Positions 53,601-64,000 of a stretch of 64,000 bases of DNA are shown one piece after another; positions within the stretch are counted from its first letter, which is position 1, and every line of letters begins with the position of its first letter. The notes below the pieces were generated by a model. It saw only the letters and a list, made by a program, of their open reading frames with translations. It did no database searches and was not told where the DNA came from. A program made the position numbers and the translations under genes. Where the stretch lies: NCBI GenBank assembly GCA_013265495.1, contig MU058423.1, forward strand, positions 1,253,061 through 1,317,060, read 5' to 3'. This DNA comes from Vicugna vicugna. Taxonomy: Eukaryota.

Positions 53601-54705
53601 ATTTACTCATTGATTCTCACTAAAACCCTATGAGCTAGGTATTATTATTGTTACTCCCATTTTGCTCATTTGGAAACTGAAACATAAAGGATGATGGTGT
53701 GTGTCTGTCTAACACTTTGAGCTATCTCCTTGAGTAATCATCACCCCCCCCCAGGGAAGTGAACCATGTAGTAGGATCAAGAGTCCTGGCTTCAGATTTA
53801 AATTCTGTCATGACCTCCCTATATTTCCTGGGACAAGTTACATGATTCATCTCTGCCTTAGTTAACTAGTCTGTGAAATGGTCTGGTAATAACTTTTCTG
53901 TCCACCTTTCAGAGAAGGGTTGTTTTAAAGACTCAGTAAGATGACAGATTTGAAAATGCTTTAACAGAGCAGAAGATACGATGCAGATGCCTTATCATGT
54001 TATTTTTTATTGTTAACGTTTATTTTTAAGACCATTAGGTAGTCAGTTTCAGCTTCAGGATTTTTTGGCCAATGATTCCAATCCTTTAAACATGACTAGG
54101 GAATTTTAAACTTCCTTTAAAAATTTATATGCTTTGTTTGAAGTAGAAAGACAGAGAGCCAAGCTGAGTTTCTAAATTATGAAGAAACAAAAAAGAAATA
54201 ATATGGTGGTCTGTCCTAAGAAGAATACATACTTAGCTCAGCTCTCAGAAATAGGAGCAGACCTTAAAGAGACAGAGAGCAGCTGGAGGAACATGTCTGC
54301 AAACAGAGCAGCTTCTGTAAACTAGTGCTTCACTTGCAGAAGGAAACCTGTCTTATCTTTTACTCCTTGAATTCTTTTAATGCCCTCTGTAGATGCCCAA
54401 CCTATTGATGCTAATAAAGCCTCAGTATTTCTCTTGGAAGCCCATTTCCCTCCATCTCCACTCACAAGACCATGAAAATGCCATGAATCATAGGCTTGAA
54501 GAAGGGAGGGAGATGGCAGGGCAGTGGGACACGTGTCACCAGGGAAGGAACTGTGTCCCTGTACTTCTGCCAAAAGCTGTCAATTCAAATTCAGGAATTT
54601 GAAGGTAAAAGAAAATTTTACAGGGGCCAAAAAACAAAGTGATAGTGGCTCACAAGCACAGAGTGATGGTAGTTCCCTACCAGTGAGAGGAGTGAGCTGG
54701 GTCAT
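50645..54705 (-). pseudogene. CHIA-paralog unprocessed pseudogene, exons 1-8 equivalents
   Basis: Exon remnants 54705-54681 (MTQLTPLT), 54262-54233, 53210-53028 (TAG at 53163-53161 plus frameshifting deletion of CLCTH), 52462-52406 (donor GT>AT), 52313-52157 (DWEYP deleted, stops), ~51914-51789 (TAG), 51617-51495 (frameshift), 50829-50645 (frameshift). Exons 9-11 not recognised. Confidence 0.92.
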
Positions 54706-55329
54706 TTGCCTCGGTGTAGAGACTCCCTCATCCAGCCTGCCTTTCTTTTCCTCTTCCTCCTCTCCTGTGACTTACCAGATTCTCCTTTATCCTGATTACC
54801 TCTAAGGTAAATGTTGATATTGGTCGTTGCCAAAGTTCAAACCCATTTAAGAACCCATTATTTACAATGAAACCATACTGTTTTGATTTCAGTTTACAAG
54901 AAGAAAAACTTGCGCTCAAGCCCAGAAACCATATTAATAAGCTCCATTATAGAGCAGCTTACATAATTCAAGATGGTTTATGTACAGTGGGGCTATACTC
55001 TGTTAGAATAGTGAAGCAACTAATTGGCCATGTCATAGTCTCTTTAACAGGCAGAAGCATGAACTAACTTTGCATTCATTTATTGTTTACATTCATTCAT
55101 TCATTGTAAGCACAAAGCTCCCTCCTTAAGCAAAGACAGAGGCATAGCCTACTCTGGTTTTTTTGCCCTCAAATTCTTACCTATTTTCTTCCTATTCCTT
55201 TTCCTGTTCTTATTCCTCCTTCTTTCTCCCAAGCTTCTGCATCTCAAGTGACCCTAGCTTGGTTCCACTCTGTTCAGGCTCCTTCCCACTGTGATATTTC
55301 CCTGGGTTTAGCCTGCCTCAGCTGCCCTC

Positions 55330-57132
55330 AGCATGTTCTTGATGGCATCTAGAATGTCAAATCCTTTCCAGAAGGTTTTACTTTGCTCAGATCCATCAGA
55401 GGACTCACTATCTATGGCAGCTGGAGCTCACAAAATGTATTTTTTAACTTGTAAGACTTGAGAGTCAAAATTACTCCTTTTTTCACTTATTTTGCATTAG
55501 GTAAAAATATAAGATAATATGTATCATAACGAAATAGAAGTGAATAATGCCTTGTAGGATCAGAATGTGTTTTAAACTGATATAAAGAGTTGGGATTTTA
55601 AGATTTCTGTAATATTCCTTTTCATTATAGGCTATTATAAGGTATTAAATATAGTTCCCTGTGCTATACAGTAGGACTTTGCTATTTATCCATTTTATAT
55701 ATAGTAGTTAGTATCTGTGTGGGAGCAGAATTAATTCCTTGATCCATTGGCTGCAGAATGGATGTTAAGAGGCACAAAAACAATATTAATCTCATTGTAT
55801 GTCTCCATCAGAGCTCTTGGGGGACCAAGTGCATTGTCAGTGAGCAGTAATATTTTGGAAGGACGCTTTCTTTCTGAGCAGTAGTTCTCAACAGTGGGCT
55901 TTAAATATTCAGTAAATCATGTTGGAAACAGATATGCCGTCAGCCAGGCTTTGTTTTCCGTTTATAGAACACAGGCAGGGTAAATTAAGTAAATTCTTAA
56001 GGGCCTTTGGATTTTCAGAATGGTAAATGAGCATTGGCTTCAACTTAGTCACCACCTGCATTAACCCCTAACCGGAGAGTCAGCCTGTCCTTTCAAGGTT
56101 TGAAGGAAGGCTTCTCCTCTCTAGCTCTGAAAGTCCTGGGTGACATCTTCTTTCAATGAAAGGCTGTTTCATCTACATTGGAAATCTGTTGTTTAGAACA
56201 TCATTAATTATCTTAGCCAGATCTTCTGGATAACTTGCTGCAGCTTCTACATCAGAACTGCCATTTCATCTCACACTTTTACATTATGGGGATGTCTTCT
56301 TTCCTTAGACCTCATGAACCAACCTCTGCTAGCTTCAGCTTTTTCTTCCCCAGCTTCCTCACCTCTCTTAGCCTTCACAGAATTGAAGCGAGTTTGGGCT
56401 TTGCTCTGGGTTAGGCTTTGACTTAGAGAATGTGTCTGCTTTGATCTTCTATCTAGACTGTTAAATTTTTCTCCATAACAGTAAGAAGGCCATTTTGCTC
56501 TCTTATCACTCCTCTCTTCCCTGGAGAAGCACTTTTAATTTCCTTTGAGAACGTTTCCCTTGCATTCACAACTTGGCTAACTGTTTGGTGCAAGAGGCCT
56601 AAATTTCAGCGTATCTCATCTTTTGACATGACTTCCTCACTGAGCTTGACCATTTCTAGCTTTTGATTTAAAGTAGAGATGCGTGACCCTTTCACTTGAA
56701 CACTGACGCCGTTGTAAGATTATTAATTGGCCTAATTTCAATATCATTGTTTCTCAGGCAATGGGGGAGACCTGAGGAAAAGGAGAGAGATAGGGGAACA
56801 GCCAGTCAGTGGAGTAGTCAGAACATATGCAACATTTATTTATTAAGTTTGCTGTCTAATATGGGCGCTGTTCACTCTACCCCCAAATAATTACAATAGT
56901 CATCAAAGATCAATGATTACAAATGACCTTAACACATATAATAATAATGAAAAAGTTTGAAATATTATGAGAATTTTAAAAATGTGAGACAGGGACTCAA
57001 AAGAGAGAAAATGCTGTTGGAAAAATTGTACTGATAGACTTGCTTGATGCAGGGATGCCATAAGCCTTCAATTTGTAAAAAACGCAGTATCTGCAAAGAG
57101 AAATAAAGCAATGTGCAATAAAACAAGTTCCC
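55330..57132 (-). mobile_element. Tigger1 DNA transposon, decayed, interrupted by an L1 3' fragment at ~55480-55720
   Basis: aggctgtttcatctacattggaaatctgttg (transposase core, antisense); terminus aacgcagtatctgcaaagagaaataaagcaatgtgcaataaaac. Confidence 0.85.
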
Positions 57133-57477
57133 TAAACTGTCCTTCAGTTTTGTGTCAGTGAGTATTGTATTCATGATGAAAAAGTTTCTTTGGTTGAATA
57201 TGTTGGAGAAATGCTGCATTCAAGAAGCATCTCTTGGAAAATCACAATTCTCATAATTTTGAGAGCCCTGAGAAGTCCTCTATGCTTAACTTGGCATTTC
57301 CCAAATATATTTAATTCATCAAATTCTCCCCCAAGTTTTCCACATTACTGTCCTACAGAATGCACCAAGAAGAGGATATAATAGACAATGTTTCCCAAAT
57401 TATTGAACTATGGAATCCTTTTGTCATGTATACATATTGTTACATAGTTTTATATAGTATATAGTTTAAGAAACATT

Positions 57478-59010
57478 GCAGCTCTGTTCAGTGGAAATAT
57501 TTTGGGACCCACACATGTAACTGGAAAATTTTTTTTATTGAAGTATACTCAGTTATAATGTGTCAATTTCTGGTGTACAACAGAATGTTTCAGTCATACA
57601 TATGCATAAATATATATATATTCATTTTCATATTCATTTTCATTATAGGTTAGTACAAGATATTGAATATAGTTCCCTGTGGTATACAAAAGAAATTTTT
57701 TAAATCTATTTTTATATATAGTAGTTAATATTTGCAAATCTCTAACTCCCAATTTATCCTTTCCCACACCTTTTCCCCCTGGTAACCATAAGATTGTTTA
57801 CTCTGACTGCAAGTCTGTTTCTGTTTTATAGATGAGTTCATTAGTGTCATCTTTTTTCTTTTTTCAGATTCCACATATAAGTGATATCATATGGTATTTT
57901 TCTTTCTCTTTCTGGGCTTCACTTAGAATGACTATCTTCAGGACCATCCATGTTGCTTCAAATGGCATTATTTTATTCTTTTTTATGGCTGAATAGTATT
58001 CCATGGTATAAATATATCACAGCTTCTTTATCCAGTCATTTGTCGTTGTACATTTAGGTTGTTTCCATGTCTTGGCTATTGTATATAGTGCTGCTATGGA
58101 CATTGGGGTGCTTGTATCTTTTCAAATTAGAATTCCCTTCAGGTATACACCCAGAAGTGGGGTTGCTGAATCATACGGTAAGTCTATTTTTTGTTTTTTG
58201 AGGAATCTGCAAACTGTTTTCCATAATGGCTGCACCAAACTGCATTCTTACCAACAGTGTAGGAGGGTTTCCTTTTCTACACACCTTCTCCAGCATTTAT
58301 CACTTGTGGGCTTTTAAATAATGGCCATTCTGACTGGTGTGGAGTAATACTTCATTATAGTTTTGATTTGCATTTCTCTGGTAATTAGTGATATTGAGCA
58401 TTTTTTCACATGCCTGTCGTCCATCTATATGTTTTCATTGGAGAATTGCTTGTTTAGGTCTTTTGCCCATTTTTGGATTGGGTTGCTTGTTGTTTCATTA
58501 TTAAGTTGTAGGAACTATTTATATATTCTGGAAATTAAATTTGTCAATCACATCATTTGCAAATATTTTCTCCCATCCCAAAGGTTGTCTTTTTGTTTTG
58601 CTTATGGTTTCCTTTGCTGTGGAAAAGCTTAAAAGTTTAATTAGGTCCCATTTGTTTATTTTTGCTTTTATTTCTATTGCCTGGGTAGACTACCCTAGGA
58701 GAACATTGGTTAGATTTATGTCAGAAAATGTGTAACTCAAAAATTTTTAATAACCACATTTAGAAAAGTAAAGTGAAATTAATTCAATAATATTTTATTT
58801 GATTTAACTTATCTATATCATTTCATCATTGACTACTCATTTGTATAATTTACGTAGAAGTTATTGAGATAGTTCTTTTTTTTATCTTTCGTGAGTCTTC
58901 AAAAGCTGGAGTGTATTTCACGCATAAATATACATCTCAGTTTGGATTATTTACATTTCAAGTGCTCAGTAGCCTCCTGTGACTAGTAGCTACTGTATTG
59001 GACAGCCCAG
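57478..59010. mobile_element. MER3/MER33-type hAT MITE split by an antisense LINE-1 3' end (~57530-58730)
   Basis: MITE ends cagctctgttcagtggaa / ctactgtattggacagcccag. L1 is flanked by tgtaact..aaaattttt at 57517 and 58731 (probable TSD). Confidence 0.75.
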
Positions 59011-60249
59011 ATCTGGAGAGACCAGCAGAGAGCCCATATTTGGCTCTTATGTTATAAGCTCCCCATAGGTTTGCATTGATTGATTGCATTTTGAACTTAG
59101 GCCCTCCCTTTCTTTTGAGGGATGCTGTAGAGAGCATCCATCTACAAAGTAGGCCTTATGTTTACTGGGAAGATGCTCATCCTCACATTATACAGTGTTG
59201 TCTTTATGAAAATCCCAGGGAGAAGTCTATTTCTGCTCTTAGAATCTAAAACAGTTACTTGCCTTGTTGGTTTGTTCTGATCTTCTGGACATTATATATT
59301 GTGTAACTAATTTCTTTTCCTATTTCTCACTGGTGACCAGAAATATAGAATCAAATTTGTGGTCCACATGTAGTGTGAATATAGGATACATTTCCCAAAA
59401 TGTGTTTCATTCCTTAGTAGCTTGCAAAATGGTGGTGTTGTTCAGAACACATTTTGTGAAATGCTACAGCCACCTGTCAGATCCAAAAGATAATTCTGAT
59501 AGTGGTGTTAAAAAAAAATGGAGTAATGGAGTGAGGAACTAGACACAGCCCAACAAGAGTGGAGCAGGTGTCAATGGGCAGGAATGATGGGCAAGTTCTG
59601 GTTGCCTAGTACCACAGATTTGCCCGCCTTCCATCTGGGCACCCAGAACTTCTGGCCAAGAGGTTTTAAATACCCAGGGTGTGGCCCACCTGCTCCATGT
59701 TGCTGGGAACGGTGGTAAATGTCCCTGGATAGACTGTGGTGGCCCAAGTTGGCTGACGGGAGGGGAACCCCAGCAGCCAGTGCCAAGCTGCTTTAGGAGC
59801 CCTCAGAGTGAGCCACATGTGGCCTGCACCTGAGAGTGTCCTCATCTCCCTAGTGATTTTCCAGGGCCAAACAGGCCCTCCCTCTAGCCAAGATTCCAAC
59901 CTTGGATTCTGGCCTTGACAGCTCAAGCCAATTCAGGGATTTTTGGATGTCCCTACAGCGGTTTTGAAAAAAAAAAAATTAACAATCTTTAGCATTGGAT
60001 CACCCAGCCAGTGGATGTGGACGAAGGGCACAGGTAGCTGCCAAAGCTGTGAAGTGTAGGAGGCCTGGAGCAGTGATACCGCCACCGTGCTGTCATCTGA
60101 CCTTCAATTGCCTCCTTCCGGAGCAGGAGTGGGGATTTCCTCGCTGGGCTCACCCAACCCGGTCGCATCTTGTCCAGTGCAGCCATGCCAACAATACCGC
60201 TCCCTTCACCACCCTCTGAGGAGATTTCGGCTCCTTCATCCTTCATCTC

Positions 60250-60620
60250 AGCTCTGCGCTCCTGCACCCCGACAGACCTCGCCAGGAAGTGGGGGCAGCG
60301 GAACCGGCGCCGCCTGCGCGACAGCGGGGGTGGAGGAGATGGGGAGCGGGGAGGAGCGCCGCGGTGCCAGCCAGTGCGCTCGCAGGGGAGGCGGCTTGGG
60401 GTGGCTCTGGCTGGGATCTAGTGTCTTTGGGGGAGGGGGAAGGGGGACAGTCGCTGTCGCAGCCCCGCCCACATGGCGGATCATTCTACCCAGGGGTGCA
60501 GATGCGGCGGCACCTGGCCGGCTGATTTAAGGACCGCCCCGCCTGGCCCGCCCCCGAGGCGCAGGTGGGTCACCACCTGTCAGCACACTCCAACCACCCT
60601 GTCCCGCCTTCGAGGTCCAT
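60250..60620. promoter_or_regulatory. CpG-island-like putative promoter, gene not identified
   Basis: High GC/CpG. GC boxes (ccgccccgcc, cccgcccc) at 60534-60555, TATA-like CTTAAAT on - at ~60525-60531, ETS-like caggaagtg at ~60283, YY1-like acatggcgg at 60471. Confidence 0.55.
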
Positions 60621-61860
60621 GCCTCACTAGGAGGACGAGCAGACAGCCCAGGGCAGCATAAATGTGTGCAGGATGGGGTGTGCTGAAGCCAGAGCAGGGG
60701 GTCCTGAAACACTGGGTAGTCTGCCCTGACCTGCTCCACTCTGCTTTCCCCTCAGTTCTGAGTATCATCTGAAGACTGGAGCCTGGGCCGGGAATGAATA
60801 GTGGCCTCCAGGTGTGGTTGGGCCAAAGGGCAGCAGGGAGTGTGGGTTAAGATCAGGGACGCTGGAGCCACACTGCCAGTTTTGAAATGCATTTCCCAGC
60901 CATATGACCTTCCGCAGGTCTCTCAGCCTGTCTGTGCCAGCTTCCTGTAAAGTGGGAATAATCACCATGACTACCTCACGCAGTCCTTATGAAAATCCAG
61001 CGAGTTGGTGTTCACAGAGTGCCAAGCACAGGGTCTGTTCACAGAGTGCTGTGTAAATGTCGGTTAGTAATTAAAGCGGCAGGAAAGGACTTGGAGTGAG
61101 GACTGGGGGAATACCAAAAGGGACTTCCTTCCTGGCAGAGCCAGGACAATGAGGTAAGGAGCCACGAGGAGGGTGTGTGCAGATGACACAGCGATCCAGA
61201 CACGTGTGCAAATGACTGAAGTGCAAGCCACAGGGATCACGGGGATGGGGGTACCCTGGGCCAGAGATGCTTTAATGGTTGTGAAATATGTGAAATCCAC
61301 AAGAAATTAAGTTCAAGTTTTCTTTTTGTAGTTAACTTACAAAATGGCTGGGTCAGCACTTCAGGAAAACCTGAGATCTTCTTTTCTGCTGACTTATGAG
61401 AACATTCAGTATACAATGGAATGTCTGATCAACAGCTCTGAGTCCTTTCACATAATTTATCATCCAAATCCAGGCACATCTGAGAGTGAAAAGGGCATTA
61501 GGAACATGCAATTTTTGAAATATTTATTTTTTGCTTGGTGTTTTGTTGTACAAATGGACTTATCAAATAGTTCTATTAAAACTGTTTTCAAAAATATATT
61601 TTTCTGAAAAGTAAATATGTGTATCTGCACAGTAAATCAAAATTCAAAATTCTGAAAGATTATTCTTGCTACATATTCACAGACTTCAACCAGTTTCTTA
61701 GCCATATCTCTAGTAAGATGTCGCTGACATTTTTCTAAAGAACACAGTTTTTTCAGCATGGTTTTATTATTTTTAATTTTAATTTTTTCCATAATATTGC
61801 CTGAACTCTTTTCCAAAATTGCTTTTCGTGGTTAATCATTTCAGAGATGCCGATACCTTC

Positions 61861-62043
61861 TGTGTTAGTTCGCTAGGGCTGTCATAGCAAAACGCCACAC
61901 ACTGGGTGGCTTAAACAGCAGAAGTTCATTTCCTCACAGTTCTGGAGGCTAGGAATCTGAGATCAAGGTGTCTTCTGGGTTGGTTTCTTCTGAGGCCTCT
62001 CTCTTTGGCTTGTAGATGCCCCTGTGGCTTCACAAGATCTTCC

Positions 62044-62082
<39 letters not shown>

Positions 62083-62258
62083 TGTATCTTAATCTCCTCT
62101 TCTTGAAGAAGCACCAACCATATAGGATTATAATTCACCCCACTGGCCTCCTTTTACCTCAGTTACCTCTGTAAAGGCCCTGACTCCAAATACAGTCTGA
62201 GGTGCTGGTTAGCACCTGAACATATGAATTTGGGGGGACACAATTCACCTCATAAACA
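61861..62258. mobile_element. MLT1 (ERVL-MaLR) LTR
   Basis: tgtgttagttcgctagggctgtcatagcaaaacgccacacactgggtggcttaaacagcagaa...catatgaatttggggggacacaattca. Confidence 0.85.
62047..62080 (+). repeat. (TG)17 microsatellite
   Basis: Direct reading; perfect repeat inside the MLT1 LTR. Confidence 0.97.
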
Positions 62259-64000
62259 CCTTCTATTGGTTTTTATTTGGGAAAAGCCCTACAGATATTC
62301 AGAGGAAATTCTGCTAAATGGGGGATATTCTCAATTCTATTTTTTTTGTTAAAATGTTCAAATATTTTAACTGAAATATTACAGATACTATCATTTTGCT
62401 TCCATCCAGAGAAGGTTTCTTCAACAAATACCTTTATGACTCCTTTGAATGTTTCTCCAAATTTAGATGCTACAACATTATAGGCCTTTTCAGAGTTTTT
62501 CTACACTACTATATCAATAAATGTATCCTACTGAAAATTGTAGCTAAAATAATAGTAGCTCTATAAATATATTTTCCAACAAATTAATATTTCAGAATGC
62601 AATTTTAAAATTCAAAATTGTGTCGTTATATAGCATTTGAGCACTTCTCAATTAATTTGTTTAATGCCTCCTTCAGAGTCTTCCTATTTGCATAAATTTG
62701 TAAATAATATTAACTTATTAAAATATCAAAAGTTACAGTGTTTTAGAGCTTCTTTTTCAATACTTTGATGAAATATATATAAATGACTTGGAAGAAAATG
62801 CAACCAAAACTTAGAAGACGTGTATAATTTTTTTATAAGTTCAATACCTTTGTGAAACACTTTGGATTAATTAGGGAGTAATTTTTCAATGGTCCAAACA
62901 TTTCTAAAATCCAATAGACAATAGGCAGCTAAGAGAGAAAGCTTCTGCTACCACAGTGATGTTTATTTCTTGTGCTCAGCACCAGCGTTAACCTAAAAAA
63001 AGATATCGGTCAGTTCCTCTATATAAAATATTTGAAAATTTTACAATTTTATTTTGAATGACAGAATGTCAGTTTTTTTGGACACATTAATAAGTGACTT
63101 GTGATCTACAACCAGTTCCTAGGACATCTCTGCTCTGTAGGTTTTTTAATTTACAAAGAATATTGTTTTTGCATAATGTATTCCATCAATATTTCAATTT
63201 ATCACCACAAATATTATGACCACAAAAAATAATTAATTTTCAATGCAGAACTTTTTAACTGAATTTACAGTAGCATTTACAATAACATTAGATGTTTCAT
63301 CTTTGACAAAACGAACCGCCAAGAAAGCTTTACTTTGATTTCATGAGCTGGGGTGAAAAAAATTCAGCCATTTTTAGAATTAACTTATCTGATTTTTTAT
63401 TTGAAGCATGTGATGACATCAATATAAATTTGGTATTACTTAAAATCTGTGAATGTATTCTGCAAATAGAGCCTCACTTTTGTACATGTGTACACACACA
63501 TACACACAGAATAGAAAAAAAGAAGTGAATTTGGCCCACCTGTCATTATATCTACCTAAATGAAAATGTATGCTTCACCAAGTGATATAAAAAACCCCTT
63601 TGGCAACTACCTTTGTTAAATCATCATATTTAGGTAAAATCCTCTTCATATAATTAGTACTTTAGAAATAGACGCTGATGCTTGCTCAGCAGATTTATCT
63701 TCTGGTTTTCATGCAATACCAAACAGCCCCATGGTGAACAGGAAATGTTGACTAACATCTTATGCAAGTTATAGATTCATCTCAATCTTGGAAAATTCAG
63801 TACTTAATTTTTCATTACACAGTCCCTTCACCTTTTTTTTTTTAGCTCAGTGCTGTCAAAAGCATTTACTTGCAAAGTAAAAAAGTGTCGTCCAACAATA
63901 ACATAAATGAATGGTTGTAGATTTAGGCCCCACAGTCAATGACAAACTCTGTAGCAAGAGCATTCAGACTACTCTCTACAGGTTCAGTGGTCGGATTGCT

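Noticed and set aside
59989..60768. Cluster of overlapping ORFs
   Set aside because: Expected in GC-rich sequence; no recognisable protein family or exon structure.
61450..63620. AT-rich region resembling an ancient hAT DNA transposon
   Set aside because: Too decayed to set family or boundaries without RepeatMasker.

Overview
Mammalian genomic DNA, most likely a camelid (camelid-type tRNA-derived SINE at ~35.1 kb). It is the chitinase (GH18) locus syntenic with human 1p13, in reverse orientation to the human reference. Left to right: a decayed CHIA-like pseudogene remnant (+); PIFO/CIMAP3 copy A (-, 6 coding exons, open 192-aa frame); an L1 containing an intron-bearing WDR77 fragment; Tigger2, L2 and a 3'-truncated L1; a second PIFO/CIMAP3 copy B (-, also an open 192-aa frame); an intact 11-exon CHIA (-, 484 aa); an upstream CHIA-paralog pseudogene (-) lacking the catalytic DWEYP codons; and an unassigned CpG-rich promoter-like island near 60.4 kb. 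The rest is interspersed repeats. Main points of interest are the tandem PIFO duplication (patchwork identity, diverged promoters), the WDR77 fragment inside an L1 that splices in frame, and unusual CHIA changes (C394R, G19R, longer Ser-Gly linker). Exons were delimited by hand from GT-AG sites. Comparisons with human proteins and repeat consensi are from memory and need alignment. No bacterial-type systems are present.
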